Shown piece after piece: positions 25,725 through 38,400 of a stretch of 53,664 nt of DNA. The position numbers and the translations under genes are program-made. The notes below the pieces were generated by a model that did not search any database, was not told the DNA's origin, and saw nothing but the letters and a program-made list of their open reading frames with translations. The DNA is taken from positions 1 to 53,664 of the forward strand of contig NW_027251311.1 of the NCBI RefSeq assembly GCF_044704955.1. Reading direction: 5' to 3'. This stretch comes from Pristiophorus japonicus. Lineage: Eukaryota. How positions within the stretch are numbered: position 1 is the first letter of the stretch; the number at the start of each line of letters is the position of its first letter.

Positions 25725-26553
25725 ATGACTCAGTGGCTGCACTCTTGCATCGGGGTCAGAAGGTTATGGGTTTATGTCCCACTCCAGAGACTTCAGCACA
25801 TATCTAGACATTCCAGTGCAGTATGGAGTGCAGTAGGCTGACACTCCCAGTGCAGTGCTGAGGGAGTGCTGCACTGTCCGAGGTGCCAGCTTTTGAATGA
25901 GTTGTTAAACCGAGGCCCCATCTGCTCTCTCAAGTGGATGTAAAAGATCCCACGGCACTATTTTGAAGAAGAGCAGGGGAGTTATCCCCAGTGCCCTGGC
26001 CATTATCACATTGCTGTTTATGGGAGCTTGCTGTGTGCAAAGTGGCTGCCTTGTTTCCTACATTACAACAGTGTCGACATTTCAACAAGTACTTCATTGG
26101 CTGTAAAGTGCTTTGGGACATCATGAGGTCATGAAAAGCACTGTAGAAATTCAAATCTTTCTTTCTTGGAGTCAGAGTGTCGTGGGTTCAAGTCCCACTC
26201 CAGAGATCCCAGCACATATCTCGACACTCCAGTGCAGTATGGAGGGTGTGCTGCACTGTTGGAGGTGCTGTTATTGAAATGAGATGTCAAAACAAGATTG
26301 GCATCTCAGTTGGATGTAAAAGATCTCACGGCATTATTCGAAGATTAGCAGGGGAGTTCTTCCAGTGTCCAGGCCAACATTTATACCTAAAACACATGAT
26401 CTGGCTATTTATTTAATCGCTGTTTGTGGGACCTTGTGTGTTTCCTAAATTACAACAGTAACTACACTTCACATGTACTTCATTGGCTTATGTAAAGTGC
26501 TTTGGGACATCCCGAGACTGTGAAAGGTGCTATAGAAGTGCAGGTTCTTTCTC
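25725..26553 (+). mobile_element. Two tandem tRNA-derived DeuSINEs (SacSINE1-like), ~25725-26167 and ~26168-26553
   Basis: tRNA-like head (gtcaga..ggttcaagtcccactccagag), Deu-like core (gttaaaccgaggcccc...ggatgtaaaagatccc...gcactattt) and 3' end gtaaagtgctttgggacat...tctttctt. Family recognised from memory, not by search. Confidence 0.75.
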
Positions 26554-28716
26554 TTAGTGTCTATCCCTGGTGCCCCCAAAAGGCCAATGGAAGACTGGGA
26601 CCAGGCATATCCGGGTCCAAGAATAACTTGCAGCCCTCCCATGCACTCCCAGCAGAGTTATAGCAGCAGAGTGGCCGAGAGCTGTGGATAAGAACATAAG
26701 AAGTAGGAGCAGGAGTAGGCCATTGGCTCCTCGAGCCTGCTCCGTCATTCAATAAGATCATGGCCAATCCGATCATGGACTCAGCTCCACTTTCCTGCCC
26801 ATCTCCTGAATCAACCTGGTGAACCTTCTCTGAACAGCCTCCAATGCAAGTATATCCTTCCGTAAATACGGAGACTAAAACTGCACGCAGTACTCCAGGT
26901 GTGGCCTCACCAATACCCTGTGTAGAAGTGTGACGATAGAATTAGATTAGTTCTCACTGGAGCAGGGATATTTCATTGAGAGAGGACATGAAGCAGGTTT
27001 TTTAAATGCTGAAAATAGACTGGGATATAGAGGGCATAATTTCAAAGTTTGCAGATGAGGAGGAAAGCAGCAGCCTCCAGGAGGACTGGTGAAATGAGCA
27101 GATACATGGCAGATGCAATTTAATGCAGAGAAGTGTGAAGTGATGCATTTTGGAAGGAAAAATGAGGAATGGTAATATGAACTAAATGGTGCAATTATAA
27201 AGTGGGTGCAGGAACAGGGAGCCCTGGGGGTTCACATACACAAATCTTCATAGTGGCAGGACAAGTTGATGAGGCTTTAAAAGAGCTAAAAAACCCTGGG
27301 TTTATAAATCGAGGTGTAGAGTACAAAAGCAAGGAAGTGATGCTAAACCTCCATACATCACTGGTTAGGCCTCAGCTGGACTATTGTGTCCAATTCTGGG
27401 CACCACACTTTAGGAACGATGTCAAGGCCTTGGCGAGGGTGCAGAGGAGATTTACTAGAATGAGACCAGAGATGAGGGACTTCAGTTATGTGGAGAGACT
27501 GAAGAAGTTAGGATTGTTCTCCTTAGAGCAGTGAAGTTACAGGGGGATTTAATCGAGGTGCCAAAATTATGAGGGGTTTTGCTGGAGTAAATGAGGATGA
27601 AATGTTTCCAGTGTGGGGAGGATCAGTAACCAGAGCACACAGATTGAAGATAATTAACAAAAGTACCAGGGGGGAGGGGGGAAAGAGATGAGAATTCCTT
27701 TTTACGCAGCGAGTTGCTGTGATCTGGAATGTGCTGCCTGAAAGGGCGGTGGAAGATTCAATAGTAACTTTCAAAATGGAATTGGATAAATACTTGAAAA
27801 GGAATAAAATTGCAGGGCTGTGGGGAAAGAGCAGGGGCAGTGGGACTAATTGGATCGTTCTTTCAAAGAGCCAGCACGGGCACGATGGGCCGAATGGCCT
27901 CTTTCTGTGCTGTAAGATTATATAAAAGCTTGGATAATACAAGTGTAAACTTTATCAAAGTTTGATTCAAACAGAAGGAAGTCGGAGCATAAAACTGGTC
28001 AATGGGACTGTGGAGCGAGAACAGCTTGTATTGTGAGACAGCAAGTACCTAAAATATACAGCGCATGGTGTTTGTCTCAATGTTATACCAGTGATGGTCA
28101 TCCCTGCCCTACTTCAATAACTGCACTTGGTGCGAGGGGGAACACATCCTCTGCCCAGAACATCGCAAATCCAGCCAAACAATTTTTATAGAATTAACCA
28201 CAAATCATTATTTCAGGTGAATTTATAAAGAATGAACAAATCCTGTAGGGAGCGGAAAGGAGCAGCATAAAAATCAACTTAGGAATTAAATCGAGGGAAA
28301 GGGAGGGATATGTGGGTGGGGGAGGGGGAGGTGCGGGGACATGGGGGGGGGGGGCATGGGTGGGAGGGGATGTGGGGGGGAGGGGGATGTGGATCGGGGA
28401 GGGGGGATGTGGGTGGGGGGGACGTGGGGGAGGGGTGATAAGGGTGGGGGAGGGACGTGGGCGAGGGGGAGGGGTGATGTGGGTGGGAGGACGGGACGTG
28501 GGGGAGGGGTGATGTGGGTGGGGAAGGGGACGTGGGGGAGGGGTGATGTGGGTGGGGGAGGGACGTGGGAGGGGGAGGGGTGATGTGGATGGGGGAGGGG
28601 ACGTGGGGGAGGGGTGATGTGGATGGGGGAGGGGACGTGGGGGAGGGGGAGATCAGCACAGCCCGGGTTCAGCTTTCCCGATGTGAAACTTTGAATGGGC
28701 CGCGCCGCCCGTTAAA
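26334..28716 (+). repeat. Segmental direct repeat, copy A (SINE half, CR1 fragments, unique DNA, G-rich tract)
   Basis: Near-identical to 30084-33942 apart from the G-rich tract. The ORF track shows an identical 110-aa ORF at 27202 and 30946. Confidence 0.95.
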
Positions 28717-29268
28717 GGGACCACGCATCAAAAAGCAAATGCAGGGTAACACTGATGGGGATATGTGTGGGTGTGAATGGTAACTTGGGCAAGGAGTCAG
28801 GGACTGTGGACTGGACCATCACGAGGAGAAAATAGGTGCAGATAAATGTGAGAAATTATTGCAAAACTATCTGCTGCTGAGTTGCACTGTGACGGATTAC
28901 TGGCACTTTAACGTTTAGTAATGTTGAATTTTAAAAGAATCAAATCGCCTTAGAATTCCTAATCCCTGTCAGTGTAAGTGAAATCACACTTTAGGCAAAA
29001 CAAAATATTTCCATCAAGTTTGGGAAGCTCCTGTGTTCTATTGAGAAGTGAAGTGTGTATAAGAGGGATCCCACAATGCCGTGCTCCCAGTGAGAAGCCA
29101 CAGTCCCATGGAATGTGGGTCAGATATAGGGCCACAACATCACAGCCCCAATTCTCCAGTCCATGCTCCCAGTGTGTGTGTGCCTCTCGACTGGGAGTGT
29201 ATTGTTGTAAAATTATCCTCTATGTAGTAACGCTGTTATAAATAAAACCAAATGTAACTTATACTTAC

Positions 29269-29613
29269 TGGTTACATTGAGCTGGGTTCCGTTCCCGCTG
29301 ATATTGCCCCACACTTTACAGTAATAGGCGGCAGTGTCACTGGGCTGCACGTCTGTGACTGTCAGAATGAAGCTGTTATTGGAGGTGTCTCTGGAAGGCT
29401 GGAGACGGTCAGTGGAACCTGGGCTCCCTCGTGTGCTGCCACTTGCCTCATGTGTTAAAACCCACTCCGTATCTTGCCCCGGTAGTTGCCGGTACCAGTG
29501 GACATCAGTGTCACTCACTCTGGCGTTCCGCATGGTGCACTGTAACCGTGCCGTGTGACCCTCTGTGACACGTTCCAGGCTCGGAGACTGGGTCAGGACA
29601 GGGACAACTGCAC
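29269..29613 (-). CDS. Receptor exon V2: germline-encoded VJ-type Ig domain
   Basis: Acceptor ttttcccattaaag|GT and donor ACCA|gtaagt; 345 nt, phase 1/1. Translation: AVVPVLTQSPSLERVTEGHTARLQCTMRNARVSDTDVHWYRQLPGQDTEWVLTHEASGSTRGSPGSTDRLQPSRDTSNNSFILTVTDVQPSDTAAYYCKVWGNISGNGTQLNVT. Shows the WYRQ, DTAAYYC and GNGTQLNV motifs. Confidence 0.95.
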
Positions 29614-29962
29614 CTTTAATGGGAAAATATCAATCACTTAAAAACCGGTCTGAAGGTTGATAAATGTCTGAAATGTTTCAATGAAAACTGCAGGCAGCTC
29701 ACCTGAGCTTCAGTAAATTCTAAACAACTGATCATTATCTGGCCTGATATGAAAAGCTCCAGGATTTCTTTGCTTCATGCACACAGCTGCCTCTGCCACT
29801 TCCTCCCCAACCTCCCCGAGTCTTCCTCCCTGATCCCCATCACTGCAGATTCTCCCCAATCTCCCTCCCATGCCTTCTCTTCACTTATTTCCCAAATGAT
29901 GCTCACACCCTGGCCCATTGATTTCTTCTCAATACACCTCCTGACTCCTCTTTATCCCTTAC

Positions 29963-30083
29963 TGTCATGTGTCTGACATGTTACTGCTTACACTATTACA
30001 AGGTATGCCACCAGAGGGCACTGCAGTGGGAGACTTGCAGGTTACCTGTCCAGGTGTGCCTGACCTAGTATAAAAGGCAGGCC
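29963..30083 (+). mobile_element. Truncated LTR-like fragment
   Basis: Begins TGTCATGT like the 3' Gypsy LTR in this window and shares gtgggagac and a TATAAAAG box. It is cut off at the duplication junction. Confidence 0.55.
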
Positions 30084-33000
30084 TTATTCGAAGATTAGCA
30101 GGGGAGTTCTCTTAGTGTCCAGTCAACATTTATACCTAAAACACATGATCTGGCTATTTATTTATTCGCTGTTTGTGGGACCTTGTGTGTTTCCTAAATT
30201 ACAACAGTGACTGCACTTCACATGTACTTCATTGGCTTATGTAAAGTGCTTTGGGACATCCCGAGACTGTGAAAGGTGCTATAGAAGTGCAGGTTCTTTC
30301 TCTTAGTCTCTATCCCTGGTGCCCCCAAAAGGCCAATGGAAGACTGGGACCAGGCATATCCGGGTCCAAGAATAACTTGCAGCCCTCCCATGCACTCCCG
30401 GCAGAGTTATAGCAGCAGAGTGGCTGAGAGCTGTGGATAAGAACATAAGAAGTAGGAGCAGGAGTAGGCCATTTGGCCCCTCGAGCCTGCTCCGCCATTC
30501 AATAAGATCATGGCTAATCCGATCATGGACTCAGCTCCACTTTCCTGCCCATCTCCAGAATCAACCTGGTGAACCTTCTCTGAACAGCCTCCAATGCAAG
30601 TATATCCTGAATATGGAGACTAAAACTGCACGCAGTGCTCCAGGTGTGGCCTCACCATACCCTGTGTAGAAGTGTGACGATAGAATTAGATTAGTTATCA
30701 CTGGAGCAGGGATATTTCATTGAGAAAGGACATGAAGCAGGTATTTTAAATGCTGAAAATAGACTGGGGTATAGAGGGCATAATTTCAAAGTTTGCAGAT
30801 GAGGAGGAAAGCAGCAGCCTCCAGGAGGACTGGTGAAATGGGCAGATACATGGCAGATGCAATTTAATGCAGAGAAGTGTGAAGTGATGCATTTTGGAAG
30901 GAAAAATGAGGAACAGTAATATGAACTAAATGGTGCAATTATAAAGTGGGTGCAGGAACAGGGAGCCCTGGGGGTTCACATACACAAATCTTCATAGTGG
31001 CAGGACAAGTTGATGAGGCTTTAAAAGAGCTAAAAAACCCTGGGTTTATAAATCGAGGTGTAGAGTACAAAAGCAAGGAAGTGATGCTAAACCTCCATAC
31101 ATCACTGGTTAGGCCTCAGCTGGACTATTGTGTCCAATTCTGGGCACCACACTTTAGGAACGATGTCAAGGCCTTGGCGAGGGTGCAGAGGAGATTTACT
31201 AGAATGAGACCAGAGATGAGGGACTTCAGTTATGTGGAGAGACTGAAGAAGTTAGGATTGTTCTCCTTAGAGCAGTGAAGTTACAGGGGGATTTAATCAA
31301 GGTGTTTAAAATTCTGAGGGGTTTTGCTGGAGTAAATGAGGATGAAATGTTTCCAGTGTGGGGAGGATCAGTAACCAGAGCACACAGATTGAAGATAATT
31401 AACAAAAGTACCAGGGGGGAGGGGGGAAAGAGATGAGAATTCCTTTTTACGCAGCGAGTTGCTGTGATCTGGAATGTGCTGCCTGAAAGGGCGGTGGAAG
31501 ATTCAATAGTAACTTTCAAAATGGAATTGGATAAATACTTGAAAAGGAATAAAATTGCAGGGCTGTGGGGAAAGAGCAGGGGCAGTGGGACTAATTGGAT
31601 CGTTCTTTCAAAGAGCCAGCACGGGCACGATGGGCCGAATGGCCTCTTTCTGTGCTGTAAGATTATATAAAAGCTTGGATAATACAAGTGTAAACTTTAT
31701 CAAAGTTTGATTCAAACAGAAGGAAGTCGGAGCATAAAACTGGTCAATGGGACTGTGGAGCGAGAACAGCTTGTATTGTGAGACAGCAAGTATCTAAAAT
31801 ATACAGCGCATGGTGTTTGTCTCAATGTTATACCAGTGATGGTCATCCCTGCCCTACTTCAATAACTGCACTTGGTGCGAGGGGGAACACATCCTCTGCC
31901 CAGAACATCGCAAATCCAGCCAAACAATTTTTATAGAATTAACCACAAATCATTATTTCAGGTGAATTTATAAAGAATGAACAAATCCTGTAGGGAGCGG
32001 AAAGGAGCAGCATAAAAATCAACTTAGGAATTAAATCGAGGGTAAGGGAGGGATATGTGAGTGGGAGAGGGGAGGGGATGTGTGGGGACATGGGGGAGGG
32101 GACGTGGGGGAGGGGGGATGTGGGTGGGGGAGGGGACGTGGGGGAGGGGGATTTGGATGGGGAGGGGACGTGGGGGAGGGGGATGTGGGGGGGGAAGGGA
32201 GATGTGGGTGGGGGAGGGGACATGGAGGAGGGGTGATGTGGGGGAGGAGGAGGGGTGATGTGGATGGGGTAGGGGACGTGGGGGAGGGGAGGGGACGTGG
32301 GGGAGGGGGGTTGTGGGCGGGGAGGGGGGAAGGGAGATGTGGGTGGGGGAGGGGACGTGGGGGAGGGGGAGGGGTGATGTGGATGGGGGAGGGGACGTGG
32401 GGGAGGCGAGGGGACGTGGGGAAGGGGAGATCTGGATGGGAGAGGGGATGTAGGGGAGGGGGAGGGGATGTGGGGAGGGGAAGGGACATAGGGGAGTTGG
32501 AGGGGACGTGGGGGAGGGGAAGGGGACGAGGGGAAGGGGACGTGGGGGAGGGGTGATGTGGGGGAGGGGACGTGGGGAGGGGTGATGTGGGTGGGGGAGG
32601 GGACGTGGGGGAGGGGACGTGTGGGAGGGGTGATGTGGATGGGGAAGAGGACGTGGGGGAGTGGGAGGTGTGCTGTGGGTGGGGGGGTTGCGTGGGGGAG
32701 GATGAGAGGACGTGGGGGAGGGGGAGGTGTGCTGTGGATGGGGGAGGGGACGTGGGGGGGAGGGGACGTGGGGGAGGATGAGAGGACGTGGGGGACGGGG
32801 AGGTGTGCTGTGGGTGGGGGGTTGCGTGGGGGAGGATGAGAGGACGTGGGGGAGGGGGAGGTGTGCTGTGGATGGGGGGTGGACGTGGGGGAGGGGGAGT
32901 GGTTGATGTGGGTGGGGGGGACGTGGGGGAGGATGAGAGGACGTGGGGGAGAGGGAGATGTGCTGTGGATGGGGGAGGGGACGTGGGGGAGGGGGAGGGG

Positions 33001-33942
33001 TGCTGTGGATGGGGGGGGGGCGTGGGGGAGGATGAGAGGACGTGGGGGAGAGGGAGGTGTCCTGTGGATGGGGGGGGACGTGGGGGAGGGGGAGGGGTGA
33101 TGTGGGTGGGGGGGGGCGTGGGTGTGGATGAGAGGACGTGGGGGAGGCGGAGGTGTGCTGTGGATGGGGGGGCATGGGGAGGGGGAGGGGTGCTGTGGGT
33201 GGGGGGGGACGTGGGGGAGGGGGAGGGGGAGGGGTTGAAGTGTGTGGGGGGAGGATGAGAGGACGTGGGGGAGGGGGAGTGGTGATGTGGATGGGGGGGC
33301 CGTGGTGGAGGATGAGAGGACGTGGGGGAGGGGGAGGTGTGCTGTGGATGGGTGGGGACGTGGGGGAGGGGGAGGGGTGATGTGGGTGGGGGGGGACGTG
33401 GGTGAGGATGAGAGGACGTGGGGGTGGGGGAGGCGGAGATGTGCTGTGGATGGGGGGGGCATGGGGGAGGGGGAGGGGTGCTGTGGGTGGGGGGGGGGCG
33501 TGGGGGAGGATGAGAGGACGTGGGGGAGGGGGAGGGGGGATGTGGGTGGGGGAGGGTACGTGGGGGAGGGGGAGGGGGGGTGTGGGTGGGGGAGGGTACG
33601 TGGGGGAGGGGGAGGGGGGATGTGGGCGGGGGAGGGTACGTGGGGGAGGGGGAGGGGGGATGTGGGTGGGGGAGGGTACGTGGGGGAGGGGGGATGTGGG
33701 TGGGGGAGGGTAGGTGGGGGAGGGGGAGGGGGGATGTGGGTGGGGGAGGGTACGTGGGGGAGGGAGGGGGAGGGGGGATGTGGGTGGGGGAGGGTACGTG
33801 GGGGAGGGGGAGGTGTGTTGTGGATGTGCGGGGGGGGGGGGGCGGGGGGGAGGGGGAGATCAGCACAGCCCGGGATCAGCTTTCCTGATGTGAAAGTTTG
33901 AGACATGCCTGAAACTTTGAATGGGCCGCGCCGCCCGTTAAA
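30084..33942 (+). repeat. Segmental direct repeat, copy B, with an expanded G-rich tract
   Basis: Starts ttattcgaagattagc as copy A does (offset 3750) and ends gggccgcgccgcccgttaaa as copy A does. Confidence 0.95.
32040..33858. repeat. G-rich tandem array (GGACGTGGGGGAGG-type)
   Basis: Expanded homologue of the ~350-bp tract at ~28296-28651. Confidence 0.9.
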
Positions 33943-35450
33943 ATTCTCTGGACTCTGGGGAGGTACCAGCGGATTGGAAAGCAGCTAATGTAACGCCTCT
34001 GTTTAAAAAAGGGGGCAGGCAAAAGGCAGGTAACGATAGGCCGGTTAGTTTAACATCTGTAGTGGGGAAAATGCTTGAAACTATCATAAAGGAAGAAATA
34101 GCGGGACATCGAGATAGGAATAGTGCAATCAAGCAGACGCAGCATGGATTCATGAAGGGGAAATCATGTTTAACTAACTTACTGGAATTCTTTGAGGATA
34201 TAACGAGCATGGTGGATAGAGGTGTACCGATGGATGTGGTGTATTTAGATTTCCAAAAGGCATGCGATAAGGTGCCACACAAAAGGTTACTGCAGAAGAT
34301 AAAGGTACGCGGAGTCAGAGGAAATGTATTAGCATGGATAGAGAATTGGCTGGCTAACACAAAGCAGAGAGTCGGGATAAATGGGTCCTTTTCGGGTTGG
34401 AAATCAGTGGTTAGTGGTGTGCCACATGGATCAGTGCTGGGACCACAACTGTTTACAATATACATAGATGACCTGGAAGAGGGTACAGAGTGTAGTGCAA
34501 CAAAATTTGCAGATGACACAAAGATTAGTGGGAAAGCGGGTTGTGTAGAGGACTCAGAGAGGCTGCAAGGAGATTTGGATAGGTTAAGCGAATGGGCTAA
34601 GGTTTGGCAGATGGAATACAATGTCGGAAAGTGTGAGGTCATCCACCTTGGGGGAAAAAAAACAGTAAAAGGGAATATTATTTGAATGGGGAGAAATTAC
34701 AACATGCTGAGGTGCAGAGGGACCTGGGGGTCCTTGTGCATGAAACTCTTTTTGGTCCTTGTGCATGAATCCCAAAAAAAGGTTAGTTTGCAGGTGCAGC
34801 AGGTAATCAGGAAGGCAAATGGAATGTTGGCCTTCATTGCGAGAGGGATGGAGTACAAAAGCAGGGAGGTCCTGCTGCAACTGTACAGGGTATTGGTGAG
34901 GCCGGACCTGGAGTACTGCTTGCAGTTTTGGTCACCTTACTTAAGGAGGGATACACTAGCTTTGGAGTGGGTACAGAGACGATTCACTTGGCTGATTCCG
35001 GAGATGAGGGGGTTACCTTTTGATGATAGATTGAGTAGACTGGGTCTTTACTCGTTGGAGTTCAGAAGGATGAGGGATAATCTTTCTCGAAACATTTAAA
35101 ATAATGAAAGGGATAGACAAGATAGAGGCAGAGAGGTTGATTCCACTAGTCGGGTAGACTCGAATTAAAGGGCACAGCCTCAAAATACGGGGGAGCCAAT
35201 TTAAAAATGAGTTGAGAAGGAATTTCTTCTCCCAGAGGGTTGTGAATCTGTGGAATTCTCTGGCCAGGGAAGCAGTTGAGACGAGCTCATTGAATGTATT
35301 CAAATCACAGATAGATACATTTTTAACCAATAAGGGAATTAAGGGTGACAGGGAGCGGGTGGGTAAGTGCAGCTGAGTCCACGGCCAGATCAGCCATGAT
35401 CTTTTTGAATGGCGGAGCAGGCTCGAGGGGCCAGATGGCCTACTCCTGTT
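33941..35450 (+). mobile_element. 5'-truncated CR1 LINE (RT and 3' UTR)
   Basis: Peptides QHGFMKGKSCLTNL, YLDFQKACDKVPH, GVPHGSVLGP and KFADDTK, with a 3' UTR ending ggcctactcctgttc. Confidence 0.92.
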
Positions 35451-38400
35451 CGAGACCCACTAAAGTCTGTGTGTACCAGGTACATTCCAGACCCACGACA
35501 GTCTGTGTGTACTGGGTACATTCCAGACCCACTACAATCTGTGTGTATTGGGCACATTCCAGACCCACTACAGCCTGTGTGTATTGGGTACATTCCAGAC
35601 CCACTACAGTCTGTGTGTACTGGGCACATTCCAGACCAACTACAGTCCGTGTGTATTGGGTACATTCCAGACCCACTACAGTTTGTGTGTATTGGGTACA
35701 TTCCAGACCCACTACAGTCTGTGTGTACTGGGTACATTCCAGACCCACTACAGTCTGTGTGTACTAGTACATTCCAGACCCATGACAGTCTGTGTATATT
35801 GGGTACATTCCAGACCCACTACAGTCTGTGTGTATTGGGCACATTCAAGACCCACTACAGTCTGTGTGTATTGGGTACATTCCAGACCCACTACAGTCCG
35901 TGTGTATTGGGTACATTCCAGACCCACTACAGTCTGTGTGTATTGGGCACATTCCAGACCAATTGCAGTCTGTGTGTATTGGGTACATTCCAGACCCACT
36001 ACAGTCTGTGTGTATTGGGTACATTCCAGACCCATTACAGTCTCTGTGTATTGGGTACGTTCCAGACCCATTATAGTCTGTGTGTATTGGGTATGTTCCA
36101 GACCCACTACAATCTGTGTGTATTGGGTATGTTCCAGACCCACTACAATCTGTGTGTATTGGGTACATTCCAGACCAACTACAGTGTGTGTGTATTGGGT
36201 ATATTTCAGACCCATTACAGTCTGTGTGTATTGTGTACATTCCAGACCCACGACAGTCTGTGTGTATTGGGTACATTCCAGACCCACTACAGTCTGTGTG
36301 CATTGGGTACATTCCAGACCCACGACAGTCTGTGTGTACTGGGTACATTCCAGACCCACTACAGTCTGTGTGCACTGGGTACATTCCAGACCGACTACAG
36401 TCTGTGTGTACTGGGTACATTCCAGACACACTACAGTCTGTGTGTACTGGGTACATTCCAGACCAATTACAGTCTGTGTGTACTGGGTACATTCCAGACC
36501 CACTACAGTCTGTGTGTACTGGGTACATTCCAGACCCACTACAGTCTGTGTGTACTGGGTACATTCCAGACCCACTACAGTCTGTGTGTACTGGGTACAT
36601 TCCAGACCAACTACAGTCTTTTTGTATTGGGTACATTCCAGACCCACTACAGTCCGTGTGTATTGGGTACATTCCAGACCCACTACAGTCTGTGTGTACT
36701 GGGCACATTCCAGACCCACTACAGTCTGCGTGTATTGGCTACATTCCAGACCCACTACAGTCCGTGTGTATTGGGTACATTCCAGACCCACTACAGTCTG
36801 TGTGTATTGGGTACATTCCTGACCCACTACAGTCTGTGTGTATTGGGCACATTCCAGACACACGACAGTTTGTGTGTATTGGGTATATTCCACACCCACT
36901 GCAATCTGTGTGTATTGTGTACATTCCAGATCCACTACAGTCTGCGTGTATTGGGTACATTTCAGACCCACTACAGTCTGTGTGTACTGGGTACATTCCA
37001 GACCCACTACAGTCTGTGTGTACTGGGTACATTCCAGACCAACTACAGTCTGTATGTATTGGGTACATTCCAGACCCACTACAGTCCGTGTGTATTGGGT
37101 ACATTCCAGACCCACTTCAGTCTGTGTGTACTGGGCACATTCCAGACCAACTACAGTCTGTGTGTATTGGGTACATTCCAGACCCACGACAGTCCGTGTG
37201 TATTGGGTACATTCCAGACCCACTACAGTCTGTGTGTATTGGGTACATTCCAGACCCACTACAGTCTGTGTGTATTGGGCACATACCAGACGCACTACAG
37301 TCTGTGTGTATTGGGTATATTCCAGACCCATTACAGTCTGTGTGTATTGTGTACATTCCAGACCCACTACAGTCTGTGTGTATTGGGCACATTCCAGACG
37401 CACTACAGTCTGTGTGTATTGGGTACATCCCAGACCCACTACAGTCTGTGTGCATTGGGTACATTCCAGACCCACGACAGTCTGTGTGTATTGGGTACAT
37501 TCCCGACCCACTACAGTCTGTGTGTATTGGGCACATTCCAGACCCACTACAGTCTGTGTGTATTGGGCACATTCCAGACCCACTACAGTCTGTGTGCATT
37601 GGGTACATTCCAGACCCACGACAGTCTGTGTGTACTGGGTACATTCCAGACCCACTACAGTCTGTGTGCACTGGGTACATTCCAGACCCACTACAGTCTG
37701 TGTGTACTGGGTACATTCCAGACCCACTACAGTCCGTGTGTATTGGGTACATTCCAGACCCACTACAGTCTGTGTGTACTGGGCACATTCCAGACCCACT
37801 ACAGTCTGCGTGTATTGGGTACATTCCAGACCCACTACAGTCCGTGTGTATTGTGTACATTCCAGATCCACTACAGTCTGCGTGTATTGGGTACATTCCA
37901 GACCCACTACAGTCTGTGTGTACTGGGTACATTCCAGACCCACTACAGTCTGTGTGTACTGGGTACATTCCAGACCAACTACAGTCTGTATGTATTGGGT
38001 ACATTCCAGACCCACTACAGTCCGTGTGTATTGGGTACATTCCAGACCCACTTCAGTCTGTGTGTACTGGGCACATTCCAGACCAACTACAGTCTGTGTG
38101 TATTGGGTACATTCCAGACCCACGACAGTCCGTGTGTATTGGGTATATTCCAGACCCACTACAGTCTGTGTGTATTGGGTACATTCCAGACCCACTACAG
38201 TCTGTGTGTATTGGGCACATTCCAGACACACGACAGTTTGTGTGTATTGGGTACATTCCAGACCCATTACAGTCTGTGTGTATTGTGTACATTCCAGACC
38301 CACTACAGTCTGTGTGTATTGGGTACATTCCAGACCCACTACAGTCTGTGTGTATTGGGTACATTCCAGACCCATTGCAGTCTGTGTGTATTGTGTACAT

